Notes: generated by a model not told the origin, from the sequence alone. A stretch of 64,000 nucleotides of DNA from Candidatus Fimadaptatus sp. (GCA_050946055.1 JBMNUB010000002.1:97338-161337), one strand, 5' to 3'; counted from the stretch's first letter, positions 40,851 through 51,395 are shown. Numbers and translations are program-made.

Positions 40851-43800
40851 ATGGGCAAGCGCAGGCTGATGTCGCTGGCACTCAGCGCAGTGCTGGCGTT
40901 TGGCACTTTGCCGGTGTATTCACTGGCCGGCGAGATGCCCGAAGTGCCGCTGTCCGGCGCGGAGCAGCCCGGCACGAGCGCACAGCCCGACGTGAGCGCA
41001 CAGCCCGACGTGAGCGCACAGCCCGACGCGAGCATACAGCCCGACGCGAGCGCACAGCCCGACGCGAGCGCACAGCCCGACGCGAGCATGCAGCCCGACG
41101 CGAGCATGCAGCCCGACGCGAGCGCGCAGCCCGACGCGAGCATGCAGCCCGACGCGAGCATGCAGCCCGACGCGAGCGCGCAGCCCGACGCGAGCGCGCA
41201 GCCCGACGCGAGCGCACAGCCCACAGAAGCTGCGCCTGGCATGGGCGAGGCCGAGCAGAGCGTGATAAACGCCGACATACGCCTGCCTAACGGCTATGCC
41301 TATCAGATAATGACGCCCGAAGCGCTGACCACGGTGACGCTGCGCAACCGCGGCGATTCGCTGCCCGCAGGGTCGGTGGTGACGCTGAGCGGCACGGGGC
41401 TTGACGTGTCGCCTCAGAGCGTGACCATGGACGGCAGCCAGACCGCGTCGTTTAGCGTGGTGGCCTCGGCTGACGGCGTGTACACCGCGCGCGTATCGGT
41501 AAAGAGCGCATCGGGCGTGGAGCAGTATGCGCGCGATATACTGCTCATATGCGCCAAGGACAGCTCAAGCTTTGCCATACCCGTGATATGTTCGGATATG
41601 TCCGGCTCGGTGATAAAAAAGGTGGACTTCATACGCGCCGACGATCCCGCCACCAAGCTGGAGATAAACTCCTCGCTCATGCCTGCGGGATACAAGGCCG
41701 AGTGGAGCATATCCAACACCACCGGCGAGGGCAACGCCACCATAAAGCTTACCAGCAACGGCTCTACCGTGCGCCCGCCCATACTCTACACCAAGTCCAA
41801 CGTGGCCAATGTGGAGGCCACGGTCACGCTCAGGGTCACGCTGCCTGCGGGCGAGGTGCTGACGCGCCAGATCCCCGTAAAGTACGAGGTGCGCGCGCAG
41901 GTACCTACGGCCTTTAAGACCACGGGCGACGTGGTAGTGGCGCAACTGGGCGGCCTTGCACCTGTCGATCTGACCGCGCGCGAGTCGGGAAGCGCGCTGA
42001 CCGATGGCATGAGCGTAATGGCAGCGTTCAGCGGCGATTACGACACGCAGCTGACCACATCCACCTTCTCGCCTGAGAAGGGCTTCTCGATAGGCGCGCT
42101 CAAGCCCGGCGTGTATAAGGTCACGATAACCGCCATAAGCGATGTGGCCGGGCTGACCGACGGCACCAAGTTCACCAAGGAAGTGAACCTGATAGTCGCC
42201 GATGAAAATGGCCAGCTGCCGGACGGACTGTTCTCGCTTGAACCCGGCAGCATAGAGCAGACGCTCTATCTGGGTGCGGAGACGCTGGGCAATGTGGCCG
42301 TAAAGTACGCAAGCCCCATCGACTCGGACGCGGTGTTTACTACCGCGTGGCAGGTGCGCACATCCGACGGCAAGCCCTGCAACATAACCGCCGACACCAA
42401 GGGCGATGCGCGCGGCAACAGCGCCAGACTGTGCGTGACAGGCGAGCTGGCTGCGGGCGAATACGTGGCCACTGCTACCGTCAACTTCAAGGGTGCCATA
42501 AAGACGCTCACGCTGCCCATAAAGCTCACTGCGCTGGCCCCGCGCATATACGGCCTGCGCGAGAGCTACACCGTGCCTTACGCATACAGCGACTATGTGA
42601 TAAGTGCGCCCGGCGTTGTGCTTGAGACGGCCTCCGGCACATGGCAGGAATACACAGGCAAGGTCAAGTGGAGCTGCGAGGCGCAGGATGCCGCCGGCAA
42701 GCGCGCATTCTCGTCCGTGACCACCGACCCCAGCAGCGGCTATACCCGCATGGTTATAGCTTCGCCGCGCGTGCCGGGCAGATACAGCTTCAAGTTCACC
42801 GCCGAGCTGAGCGATGGCCGCACGGCTGAGCAGGTAGTCACACTGGGTCTGGCCGATCAGAATGGCGTAGTGCCGACTCCCGCGCCCACGCCCGATCCCA
42901 CTCAGCCCCGCAAGGGTACGGTCAATGCCACCCGCGTAAACGTGCGCGCCTCCGCCAGCACTGACGGTGAGCGTCTGGGCATGGTGCAGCGCGGCGACAG
43001 GCTGACCATAACCGACTGGAGCGGCGAGTGGTATAGCTTCACTTATAACGGCAGAAAGGCGTATATAAAGGGCGAGTACGTGACTCTGGATGCATTGGCT
43101 ACGCCTGAGCCCACCGCCACGCCCACGCCCGATGCCAAGCCCACGGATGCACCGGCCACATACGGCAAGGTCAAGCTAAACAGCGGCACGCTGCGCATGC
43201 GCGAGAGCGCGAGCGGCAGCGCCCGCGTGCTGGCCAGCATACCCAACGGCGCTGATGTCGAGATACTCGGCACTCAGGGCGAGTGGTACAAGATCAGGTA
43301 CGACGGCAAGACCGGCTACTGCGCGCGTCAGTACATAGTGGTCGAGTCCACGCCCACCGAGCGTCCCACATCCAAGCCCACCGCCACGCCCACGACTGCG
43401 CCCGGCGTGCGCAAGGGTACGGTAACGCTCAGCGATACCGGCTCCAAGCTGCGCATACGCTCTGCGGCCAGCAAGAACGCCTCCGAAGTGACGCGCGTGA
43501 GCCACGGCACCAAGGTGGAAGTGCTGGGCAGCGAGGGCGATTTCTACCGTGTGCGCATAGGCAATATCGAGGGCTATGCGGCCAAGGCGTACATTAAGCT
43601 GGACTCCTCCGAGACCGACGCGCCCACGGCGCGCCCCACGTCTTCGGTGACGCCCAAGCCCACCACGTCGTCCAAGCCCACGGCGCGCCCCACGGCGGAT
43701 GCCAAGTACGCCACGGTCATGAAGGCTGACGGCCTTGCGCTGCACGAGACCGAGCAGGGCGCGACCATACGCACCATACCCAACTATGGCGTGGTGCAGG

Positions 43801-44105
43801 TGCTGCACGTGTACGGGCAGTGGTCGCACGTGTCCTATGAGGGCAGCGTGGGCTATGTCGAGAACAAGTACCTGAAGCCCGGCATAATAAAGCCCGAGGG
43901 CAGTACGCTCAAGGCGCGCGTGACGCTCAGCTCCTCCTCGCAGATGTATCTGCGCTCGGCCAAGTCCACTTCGTCCTCACCCGTGACCATGGTGCCAAAC
44001 GGCGCGACGGTCGATGTTATCGAGCGCGACAGCACATGGGCCAAGGTGAAGTACGGCGGCCGCACCGGGTATTGCATGATAAAGTTCCTGACCATACTCG
44101 CCTGA
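40851..44105 (+). CDS. Large secreted cell-surface protein: signal peptide, about 16 PDASAQ-type hexapeptide repeats, Ig-like middle region and five C-terminal SH3b (SH3_3) domains separated by P/T-rich linkers
   Basis: Signal peptide MGKRRLMSLALSAVLAFGTLPVYSLAG. QPD(A/V)S(A/M/I) repeats. Five repeats of roughly 60 aa, each with …GEWYK(I/F)…G(K/R)TGY… SH3b signatures, joined by TPEPTATPTP linkers. Track ORF starts at 40824. Confidence 0.85.
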   Translation: MGKRRLMSLALSAVLAFGTLPVYSLAGEMPEVPLSGAEQPGTSAQPDVSAQPDVSAQPDASIQPDASAQPDASAQPDASMQPDASMQPDASAQPDASMQPDASMQPDASAQPDASAQPDASAQPTEAAPGMGEAEQSVINADIRLPNGYAYQIMTPEALTTVTLRNRGDSLPAGSVVTLSGTGLDVSPQSVTMDGSQTASFSVVASADGVYTARVSVKSASGVEQYARDILLICAKDSSSFAIPVICSDMSGSVIKKVDFIRADDPATKLEINSSLMPAGYKAEWSISNTTGEGNATIKLTSNGSTVRPPILYTKSNVANVEATVTLRVTLPAGEVLTRQIPVKYEVRAQVPTAFKTTGDVVVAQLGGLAPVDLTARESGSALTDGMSVMAAFSGDYDTQLTTSTFSPEKGFSIGALKPGVYKVTITAISDVAGLTDGTKFTKEVNLIVADENGQLPDGLFSLEPGSIEQTLYLGAETLGNVAVKYASPIDSDAVFTTAWQVRTSDGKPCNITADTKGDARGNSARLCVTGELAAGEYVATATVNFKGAIKTLTLPIKLTALAPRIYGLRESYTVPYAYSDYVISAPGVVLETASGTWQEYTGKVKWSCEAQDAAGKRAFSSVTTDPSSGYTRMVIASPRVPGRYSFKFTAELSDGRTAEQVVTLGLADQNGVVPTPAPTPDPTQPRKGTVNATRVNVRASASTDGERLGMVQRGDRLTITDWSGEWYSFTYNGRKAYIKGEYVTLDALATPEPTATPTPDAKPTDAPATYGKVKLNSGTLRMRESASGSARVLASIPNGADVEILGTQGEWYKIRYDGKTGYCARQYIVVESTPTERPTSKPTATPTTAPGVRKGTVTLSDTGSKLRIRSAASKNASEVTRVSHGTKVEVLGSEGDFYRVRIGNIEGYAAKAYIKLDSSETDAPTARPTSSVTPKPTTSSKPTARPTADAKYATVMKADGLALHETEQGATIRTIPNYGVVQVLHVYGQWSHVSYEGSVGYVENKYLKPGIIKPEGSTLKARVTLSSSSQMYLRSAKSTSSSPVTMVPNGATVDVIERDSTWAKVKYGGRTGYCMIKFLTILA

Positions 44106-44204
44106 TGAACGGGCGCGGGGCGCTGCCGCAGCGGCAAAGCTGCGGCAGCGCCTTTGTCTTATCATGCGGGCTGTGAGCCTAAGCCTTGGCGTGTGGAAGT
44201 GCGT

Positions 44205-44545
44205 ATCGCTAGCATGCACGAGCGGGCATAGCGCCTGTGGCATGAGTATGCATCGGCGGGCATCGTACCTGTGGCATGAGCATGCATCGGCGGACATAGC
44301 GCCTGTGACATGAGCATGCACGAGCGGGCATAGCGCCTGTGACATGAGCATGCACGAGCGGGCATAGCGCCTGTGAAATGAGTATGCATCGGCGGGCATC
44401 GTACCTGTGACATGAGCATGCATCGGTGGGCATAGCGCCTGTGGCATGAGCATGCATTGGCTGGCATAGCGCCTGTGGCATGAGCATGCGTAGGCTGGCA
44501 TAGCGCCTGTGGAATGCGCGTTCATCGGTGGGCATCGGCCACCAT
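44205..44545. repeat. 34-bp imperfect tandem repeat array, about 10 copies
   Basis: Unit CATGAG(C/T)ATGCA(T/C)(C/G)(G/A)G(C/T)GGGCAT(A/C)G(C/T)(G/A)CCTGTG(G/A) repeated head to tail. Generates the artefactual ORFs 44162..44467(-) and 44209..44535(-). Confidence 0.9.
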
Positions 44546-44767
44546 TATCACATGGCACAGGCACGATGCATTCAGCCCGTTACAGCGCAGGGAATATGTG
44601 GTATTATATGGACGATGGATGCGCGCATGAGCCTTGACGATGGAGGGCGCGAGGTTTGTGCGCTGGAACGTGCATTGCGATAATATGATATTATAGATGT
44701 GCGCGGCGCGCAGTGAAAGCGACTTAACCCGAACCTGTGCGCATAAATTCATTGTGGAGGTGTTTGT

Positions 44768-45808
44768 ATGGCCGATATATTCCTGTTTCCCGGCGGCAAT
44801 ACGCCGGGAGGATTCGTAAGCCACTTTGACGATATACTGCCGCCGGAGCGCGCGCGCCGGGTATACTTCATAAAGGGTGGCTCGGGCGTGGGCAAGAGCA
44901 CTTTTATGCGCGCCGTGGGCGAGCACTGCGCGCAGAAGGGGCATGATGTGGAGTACTTCAACTGCTCCAGCGACCCGCAGAGCCTGGACGGAATGGCGAT
45001 ACCGGCGCTGGGCGTGGCCATGATGGATGGCACTGCACCGCACATCATGGATCCGCGCATGCCGGGAGTACGAGATCACCTGCTGGATCTGGGCAGGTTC
45101 CTTGACGAAGCTGCTCTGGCGGGCAAGCGCGAGACGCTTGAGCGCATCATGCCGCGCCGGGCCGCCTGCTTTGCGCGCGCATATGTGTATCTGAGCGCGG
45201 CACTGCCGCTGTATGATGCGGCGGGGCGCGCGGCAATGGCGCGGCCTGTGGATGAAGTGTGCGAGGACATATGCGAGGCGCTGGCGCTGGATGGCAGGCG
45301 CGGCGGGCGGCGCGGCAGGCTCAGGCGGCTGTTTGCCGATGCGTTCACGCCCGACGGACTGGTGAGCGTGCTGGACACGCTGAACGCCGGACTGCGCATC
45401 AATGTGCGTCTGCCTTGGGGCGGAGACGCCTCGGAGGCGCTCATGCGCGTAGCCGGGCGCGCCTGCGCGCTGGGTGAGGATGCCGTGCTGCTGCTTGACC
45501 CCATGCGCCCCGAACGCACGCTGCACCTGTATCTGCCGGGGTCAGGCGCGCTGGTGTGCGCGGGTGAGGGGCTGATGGAGCGCGGCGGCCGCTTCGATGC
45601 GGAGATAGCGGGCGCTAAGGCGAGCAATGTGCCTGCATTTGACCGCGAGGAGTTTGACAGGCTGGTGAGCGCCGCCATTGACCGGCTGCATGACGCGCGC
45701 AGCATGCATGCCGAAGTGGAGAACATATACTCGGCGGCAATGGACTTTGAGGGCGTGCGTGCGCTGCGCGAGCGCGTAATAGGCGATGTGGACGCGATAA
45801 TGCCATGA
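44768..45808 (+). CDS. P-loop NTPase of unknown function
   Basis: Walker A motif GGSGVGKST near the N-terminus; no other recognisable domain. Confidence 0.6.
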   Translation: MADIFLFPGGNTPGGFVSHFDDILPPERARRVYFIKGGSGVGKSTFMRAVGEHCAQKGHDVEYFNCSSDPQSLDGMAIPALGVAMMDGTAPHIMDPRMPGVRDHLLDLGRFLDEAALAGKRETLERIMPRRAACFARAYVYLSAALPLYDAAGRAAMARPVDEVCEDICEALALDGRRGGRRGRLRRLFADAFTPDGLVSVLDTLNAGLRINVRLPWGGDASEALMRVAGRACALGEDAVLLLDPMRPERTLHLYLPGSGALVCAGEGLMERGGRFDAEIAGAKASNVPAFDREEFDRLVSAAIDRLHDARSMHAEVENIYSAAMDFEGVRALRERVIGDVDAIMP

Positions 45809-45960
45809 TATAGAGCCTGACATGCCATAATATTCCGCCTGCGAATATGGTCAAAATCGGCAAAAGATACGTCTAAACAATTAAAACAGATGCAAAAGGC
45901 GACAGATTATGCTACAATATGGTCATGGATCAGTCGCAAAGCTACGCAAGAGGGGGAAGA

Positions 45961-47265
45961 ATGACAATGATGCCGAGGCACAAGCGCAGACCGCCCAAAC
46001 GCCGGCGTTACCGGCTCAATCCCAAGCTGCTGCCGACAGCGCTGCTCACGCTGGCAGCGGTGGGCATGGTGTTCATGATAGTGCTGCTGCTCAAGCCGGG
46101 CGGGCCGCTTCAGGTGTTCAGCCAACCCACGGCTGTGCCGAGCGCTGCGCCCACTTCGACGCCGCAGCCCACAGAGGTACCCACGCCCGAACCCACTCAG
46201 CCCACCGAGAACACCGTGCATGTGCGCGCGATAGGCGACATAATGGTGCATGACGATGAGTTGGCAAGCGCGCTGGGCAGCGACGGCACATATGACTTTG
46301 CGCCGTTCTTTGCGCCGCTTGCCGACAGCCTGAGCGCGGCCGACTTCACCATGGGCAATCTGGAGACTACTATAGGTGAGCCGGGGCGCGACGGATATTC
46401 GGGCTATCCTTACTTCCATACGCCGCCTACGCTGCTTACGGCGCTCAAGGGCGTGGGCGTGGACATGCTGACCACCAGCAATAACCACTGCCTGGATCGC
46501 TATTTTGACGGCCTGGTGGAGACTCTGGACTCGCTGGACGCGGCGGGCTTTGAGCATACCGGCACGTTCCGCAGCAAGAGCGAGTACCAGACGCCCTATG
46601 TCATAGAGGTAAACGGCGTAAAGCTGGGCATAGTCGCCTACACATACGGCACCAACGGCATGGAGGAGCGCTCCGATCCCGACGGCGTTGAGTGGGGCAT
46701 AATGTACCTGCAAAACGCCAACTTTGAAAAGAGCGCCGAGCGGCTGCGCGAGGCCGGAGCGCAGGTGCTTATAGCCGTGCCGCACTGGGGCAAGGAGTAC
46801 AAGCGCGCACCCGAGGATTCTACCGTAAACTATGCCACCAAGATGGCCAAGGCGGGCTTTGACGTGATAATAGGCAGCCATCCGCACATGGTGCAGCCCA
46901 TAGAGTGGCTGGAGACCACGCAGGCGGACGGCAGCGTAAAGCGCACGCTGGTGGCGTATTCGCTGGGCAACTTCGTCTCGGCGCAGCGCGACCAGTACAA
47001 GGATACCGGCATAATACTGAACTTCACCATAAGGCAGGACATAGCTACGGGCGCTATAACCATAACCGATGTGGGCTATGTACCGGTATGGGTATGGCGC
47101 TATGCGGGCGAGGGCAAGAACGAATACCGCGTGCTGCCCGTGGGCGCGGCCATGGAGAGCGTGCCTGAGGGCATGTCGCAGGATGATCAGAACCGCCTGA
47201 ACGCCACATGGAGCGAGACGGTAGAGCTTATGACCACCGGAGGCATAACTGCGCTCAAAAAGTGA
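45961..47265 (+). CDS. capA: CapA/PgsA-family metallophosphatase-like protein (poly-gamma-glutamate biosynthesis family), membrane anchored
   Basis: Basic N-terminus, TM segment, P/T-rich linker, then the CapA domain (VRAIGDIMVHD…GNLET…TTSNNH…HWGKEY…GSHPHMVQP). AGAGGGGGA RBS before the ATG at 45961 (track ORF starts at 45919). Confidence 0.8.
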   Translation: MTMMPRHKRRPPKRRRYRLNPKLLPTALLTLAAVGMVFMIVLLLKPGGPLQVFSQPTAVPSAAPTSTPQPTEVPTPEPTQPTENTVHVRAIGDIMVHDDELASALGSDGTYDFAPFFAPLADSLSAADFTMGNLETTIGEPGRDGYSGYPYFHTPPTLLTALKGVGVDMLTTSNNHCLDRYFDGLVETLDSLDAAGFEHTGTFRSKSEYQTPYVIEVNGVKLGIVAYTYGTNGMEERSDPDGVEWGIMYLQNANFEKSAERLREAGAQVLIAVPHWGKEYKRAPEDSTVNYATKMAKAGFDVIIGSHPHMVQPIEWLETTQADGSVKRTLVAYSLGNFVSAQRDQYKDTGIILNFTIRQDIATGAITITDVGYVPVWVWRYAGEGKNEYRVLPVGAAMESVPEGMSQDDQNRLNATWSETVELMTTGGITALKK

Positions 47266-47654
47266 CCATGCACAGCGACGCGGCGGGCATTCATGCCCGC
47301 CGCGCGCGCATAGGCGGGAGCTGGAGCGGGGAGAGGCGCGGCAGGACAGGTGCAGGGTGTAGAGTGCGACTGTGTGCATGGCAAAGTGCGTGTTCATATG
47401 CATGATGCATAGTGCGACTGTGTACATGGTCTGGCGCGTGTTCATGTGCATAGCGCAGCGCATGCCGATATTCGATATGCATGGCAATGCACACACCGAT
47501 ATACGATGCGTACATATGCCGCCGCGCCAGAACCGCGCATGTCGGCAAAGCATGAACATATCTGCACAAGCATTGAGCGGCGCTTGCATTCGCCGACAAG
47601 CACAGCACGATAGCCATGATTGCAGCCGGCAGCGCTGCCCGGCGCGCACGCATG

Positions 47655-48599
47655 TCCTCTCAAACTTTGATGGCTATGATTTGGCGGATGAACCATCCAA
47701 GAAGTTTAAGGATGCGATTAGAACACCTTCTAAGACGTTGATGTTTTATAAAAAGGTGGACGGCGTATGCTGTGTGGTGACAGCCGTAGGACAGCAGAAT
47801 AAATACAAGAAAATATGGGTGGAGAGCGCATACTTTGACGATGGAACCGCTTCAAAAATTGCACAAAAAATAGAGGAAATTACGTGGAGCCGCCATCGAA
47901 TAATGCCGGCGGAAACGTCCAAAACGTCACCACTTCTTTTCCCTCTGCGAATAGTATATCCCAAGAGACTCAGCAAGTCAACGTGCCTGTTGGCAATTTA
48001 ACACAAACAGCCCCTCACATATGCCGCAACGGCAGCCCGCTGTTTGCCGGGATGGCCGAAGCAGAGCTGACGAGCGAGATTGCCCGCGAAGGCCGCATGT
48101 CGCAAGACCCCGACCCGGCGGTATCGGAGCTGGCTAAGGAGCGGCTTCAGGCGCTCAGAAGCGAGCGCGACACGAGGGCGGATGCAGGTGCAAATGATGC
48201 GCGCAGGGCGCGCAGGGATGCCGCGCGCACAGACAGGCTCGCGGAAATAGACGAGATGATAAAGTCCATTCCCGAAGCCCCTGACGGCGAGCTGAGCCGC
48301 CACCGCAACTACTGCGCCGTCAGATAGACCAGCTCACAATCGCGCAGGAGGGCGCGGACAAGGCCACGGCTAAGATGTACTCAAACGAGATACAGCGCAT
48401 GCGCGAAAGCCTTAAGGAGATAGAAAAAGATGAGCATGGCCGCGCCGATCTGCGCCGAACCGATGCTGAGCGCATGGCGCAGGAGCTGGCGGGCAATCCG
48501 GCACGCGCTGAGGTTGAGGGCGCGGCGCGCGATGTTTACATACTGGAAAAGCAGCGCATAAAGCTAAACCAGCAGACCGGGCATGAAGCGACAGCTTAA
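47655..48599 (+). pseudogene. Low-GC islet carrying one ancestral gene split across three reading frames (two -1 frameshifts); origin probably foreign
   Basis: Three consecutive ORFs (47372..48001, 47884..48327, 48375..48599) lie in frames 2, 1 and 0 in that order. The frame-0 reading is open upstream of the ORF3 ATG and spans the frame-1 stop. Composition is clearly more AT-rich than the flanks. The 5' part of track ORF 47372..48001 is GC-rich repeat, not coding. Confidence 0.55.
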
Positions 48600-48611
48600 A
48601 AGGAGTTTGCT

Positions 48612-49376
48612 ATGATGATAAGCGATGAGTTTTTGGAGAAGTATCGCGTGCTTGAGGACTTGCTCAGCGAGCGATATGCGCTGGAGCCGCGCAAGCACTC
48701 CAGCGTGGTGATAGAGTTCGCGTCCAGCCGCGAAGGTGAGCTGTTCAAGGACAGGCTGGATTTGTGCCGGGAGATACGCAACCTGCTGACACACAACGCG
48801 GCGCTGGACGGCGAGCCTGTGGTCACGCCCGCCCGCGCTACGGTCGACATGCTGGACGAGATAATCGCCTACGTGCAGCGCCCGCCGCTGGCGGCAAACT
48901 GGGCGACCAGCGCTGAGCGGCTGCTTATGACCACGCTGGAAGAACCGGCGCTCAAGCTCATGCGCATAATGGAGAGCCGCGGCTTTTCGCATGTGCCTGT
49001 GATGGAGCGCGGGCGCATAACGGGCGTGTTCAGCCAGAGCACCGTGTTTTCGTACACCTGCCGCGAGCGCGGCGCGCGCATCGACGAGCGCACGCGCGTG
49101 GGCGACATGGCGCGCTTCCTGCCGCTGGAGCGCCACTCCAGCGAGCGCTTTCTGTTCATGCCTGCGGACGTGAGCTATCTGGACGCGGCAACGGCGTTTA
49201 CGCCCGGTCAGGAGCGCACCAAGCGCGTAGCGGCAATATTCATAACCGAGACGGGCTCGCCCGACGAATCGCTTATAGGCATGCTCACGCCATGGGACAT
49301 ACTGGGCAAGGCCAAGCGGCAGATAGTCCAGCCCGAACACGGCGACACGCGCGCCGTGGTGGATGAGCAGATGTGA
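48612..49376 (+). CDS. CBS-pair domain protein with an N-terminal domain carrying a HEPN-like Rx4H motif
   Basis: Two CBS motifs (…GFSHVPVMERGRITGVFS… and …AAIFITETGSPDESLIGMLTPWDIL). N-terminal CREIRNLLTHNA contains R-x4-H. AAAGGAG RBS. Lies directly downstream of the pseudogene islet. Confidence 0.6.
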   Translation: MMISDEFLEKYRVLEDLLSERYALEPRKHSSVVIEFASSREGELFKDRLDLCREIRNLLTHNAALDGEPVVTPARATVDMLDEIIAYVQRPPLAANWATSAERLLMTTLEEPALKLMRIMESRGFSHVPVMERGRITGVFSQSTVFSYTCRERGARIDERTRVGDMARFLPLERHSSERFLFMPADVSYLDAATAFTPGQERTKRVAAIFITETGSPDESLIGMLTPWDILGKAKRQIVQPEHGDTRAVVDEQM

Positions 49377-49524
49377 ATGCGGATGAAGCAGAGCAGGGCA
49401 TGAGCATATGCACATGCGGATGAAGCAGAGCAGGGCATGAGCATATGCACATGCGGCTGACGTATATGGACAACGCGGGCATCGCAGCAGATTACATGAA
49501 GCCGCATGGCTCGCGCCTGAAAAG

Positions 49525-49848
49525 CAGCGCCGCTCCCGGACGCATTTGTCGGGAGCGGCGCTTGAACTATCGAAAAAGCCTCAAGGAGAGCTTGGGCCGG
49601 CTCGCAGCCCTCTTGACTTCGGGCGCGTACGGCGACATGTGCGACATGCGCACGATTTTTGCGCCGGGAAAATCCATTTCCCAGACCCAAATGCATGCCC
49701 TGCAGTTTCTATGCTCGCAAGCATTAATGCATGAGTGGAAACTGGTAGGAATGGCATGGGGGAGCTTCTCTCCCCGTCCGCGCTTGTCAAGCGCCATTTG
49801 TGATAAGCTAAGCGCCGCTCCCGGACGCATTTGTCGGGAGCGGCGCTT
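49525..49848. repeat. Copy B of the roughly 300-bp hairpin-rich repeat element
   Basis: Homologous core to copies A and C. Bounded at both ends by the identical hairpin CGCCGCTCCCGGACGCATTTGTCGGGAGCGGCG (49528-49560 and about 49811-49846). Preceded by a 38-bp direct repeat, two copies, at 49382-49457. Confidence 0.85.
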
Positions 49849-49926
49849 GTGTATATAATCTTTGGGGAATGCGTGCGGTCATGCACATGTGCCGCGCGCT
49901 TACGAGTGCATACGCTTACAATCGGC

Positions 49927-51243
49927 TCACTTGAGAATAAGCTCGATGACCGGCACTATTACGTTGGGCTTTACCGGCGGCAGCTCCAGTATCAGCTGAT
50001 CGGGATTGGCGACGGCCTCGGCGGAGAAGTGATCCACCTTGCCCTCGGTGAACTTGACCTCGCTGCCGTCGTGCAGGAACTGGGCGTAGTCCACCTTGCC
50101 CGCCAGACCGTTCAGCGCTACGTGTGCGAACGGGTATGCGAACAGGTGCAGGTACAGGCGCTTGCCGTCCACGGACTGAGTGTAGCGGCAGTCGGCGGGC
50201 GCGACAAACTCAGGCTCGGCCATGGTGCAGTTGTATATGGCGCGGGAGTTGCCGTGCATCCAGTCGGCGTAGACTTTGAGTGCGTCCTGAGCGCGATAGT
50301 CGAACTCGCCGCGCGAGGTCGGTCCCACGTTCATGAGCAGGTTGCCGCCCAGAGCGACGGTGTTGACCAGCATGCGTATGAGCATCTCCGGGCTCTTCCA
50401 GGTCTGCTCATCGCGGTAGTAGCCCCAGCTGCCCGAGAAGGTCTGGCAGGCCTCCCAGGTGACCAGCTCGCCGGTCTCCTTATGGCGCACCCAGCTGGTG
50501 GGCTGGAACTGCTCGGGAGTCCACAGGTCCTGCTCAAGCTCGGTGCGGTTGTCGATTATGATGCCGGGCTGCAGCTTGCGCGCGGTGGCAATCAGCTCCT
50601 CGGCCTCCCAATCGTCCTTGCCCTTGCCCTTCATCCATGCCTTGTCGCCTGTGCCGTTGTTGTTGGAGTAGGAGAAGTCGAACCACAGCACGTCTATCTT
50701 GCCGTAGTTGGTCAGCAGCTCGGTCACCTGATTGCGCATGTACTCGGCGTACTTGTGCATGTCGCGGTCCTTGCTCTGTTCGTAGGCATCGGGATCCTCG
50801 CGGCGCGGATGCAGCATGTCGATGGGGAAGTCCGGATGGTGCCAGTCTATCAGCGAATAGTAGAAGCCCACGTGCAGGCCCTCGGCGCGGAAGGCGTCCA
50901 CGTACTCGCGCACCAGATCGCGGCCTGCGGGAGTGTTGGTGCATTTGTAGTCGGTGTACTTGCTGTCGAACATGCAGAAGCCCTCGTGGTGCTTGGTGGT
51001 CAGCACCGCGTACTTCATGCCGGCGGCCTTGGCCATGCGCGCCCACTCGCGGGCGTCAAACAGGTCGGGATCGAAGTACTTGAAGTACTTGTCATACTTT
51101 TCCTCAGGAATCATCTCGCGGGTCTTTATCCACTCGTGGCGGGCGGGCATGGAGTACAGGCCCCAATGGATGAACATGCCGAATCTGTCGCGGGTAAACC
51201 ATGCGGTGTCGCCCGGGGTCTTGCGGGTTACATAGCTGGACAT
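49927..51243 (-). CDS. Alpha-L-fucosidase (GH29)
   Basis: GH29 N-terminal signature (FGMFIHWGLYS…HHEGFCMFDS…) including the catalytic nucleophile region. AGGAGG RBS. Confidence 0.9.
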   Translation of the reverse strand: MSSYVTRKTPGDTAWFTRDRFGMFIHWGLYSMPARHEWIKTREMIPEEKYDKYFKYFDPDLFDAREWARMAKAAGMKYAVLTTKHHEGFCMFDSKYTDYKCTNTPAGRDLVREYVDAFRAEGLHVGFYYSLIDWHHPDFPIDMLHPRREDPDAYEQSKDRDMHKYAEYMRNQVTELLTNYGKIDVLWFDFSYSNNNGTGDKAWMKGKGKDDWEAEELIATARKLQPGIIIDNRTELEQDLWTPEQFQPTSWVRHKETGELVTWEACQTFSGSWGYYRDEQTWKSPEMLIRMLVNTVALGGNLLMNVGPTSRGEFDYRAQDALKVYADWMHGNSRAIYNCTMAEPEFVAPADCRYTQSVDGKRLYLHLFAYPFAHVALNGLAGKVDYAQFLHDGSEVKFTEGKVDHFSAEAVANPDQLILELPPVKPNVIVPVIELILK

Positions 51244-51395
51244 ATTTGACCTCCTAGTAACTATACATTAATTCTGGGTAAATGCAAGGAAAAACTATTG
51301 AAAGCATTCTTGAGTTGATTATACTGTAAATAGCGCCCGACGTAAATGCACGTATGGGCAGAAAATATGGACTTTGAGGAATAGGAGGCGCGTTT

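Noticed and set aside
44162-44535. ORFs 44162..44467(-) and 44209..44535(-) with repetitive MPxxACSCHRRYA… translations
   Set aside because: They are read-through of the 34-bp tandem repeat array; the periodic peptide is a repeat artefact.
47372-47654. 5' 280 bp of track ORF 47372..48001 (MCMAKCVFICMMH…)
   Set aside because: It lies in a GC-rich stretch of roughly 47-bp direct repeats (47361-47455) with a Cys/Met/His-rich nonsense translation. The real coding signal begins only in the low-GC part (about 47655).
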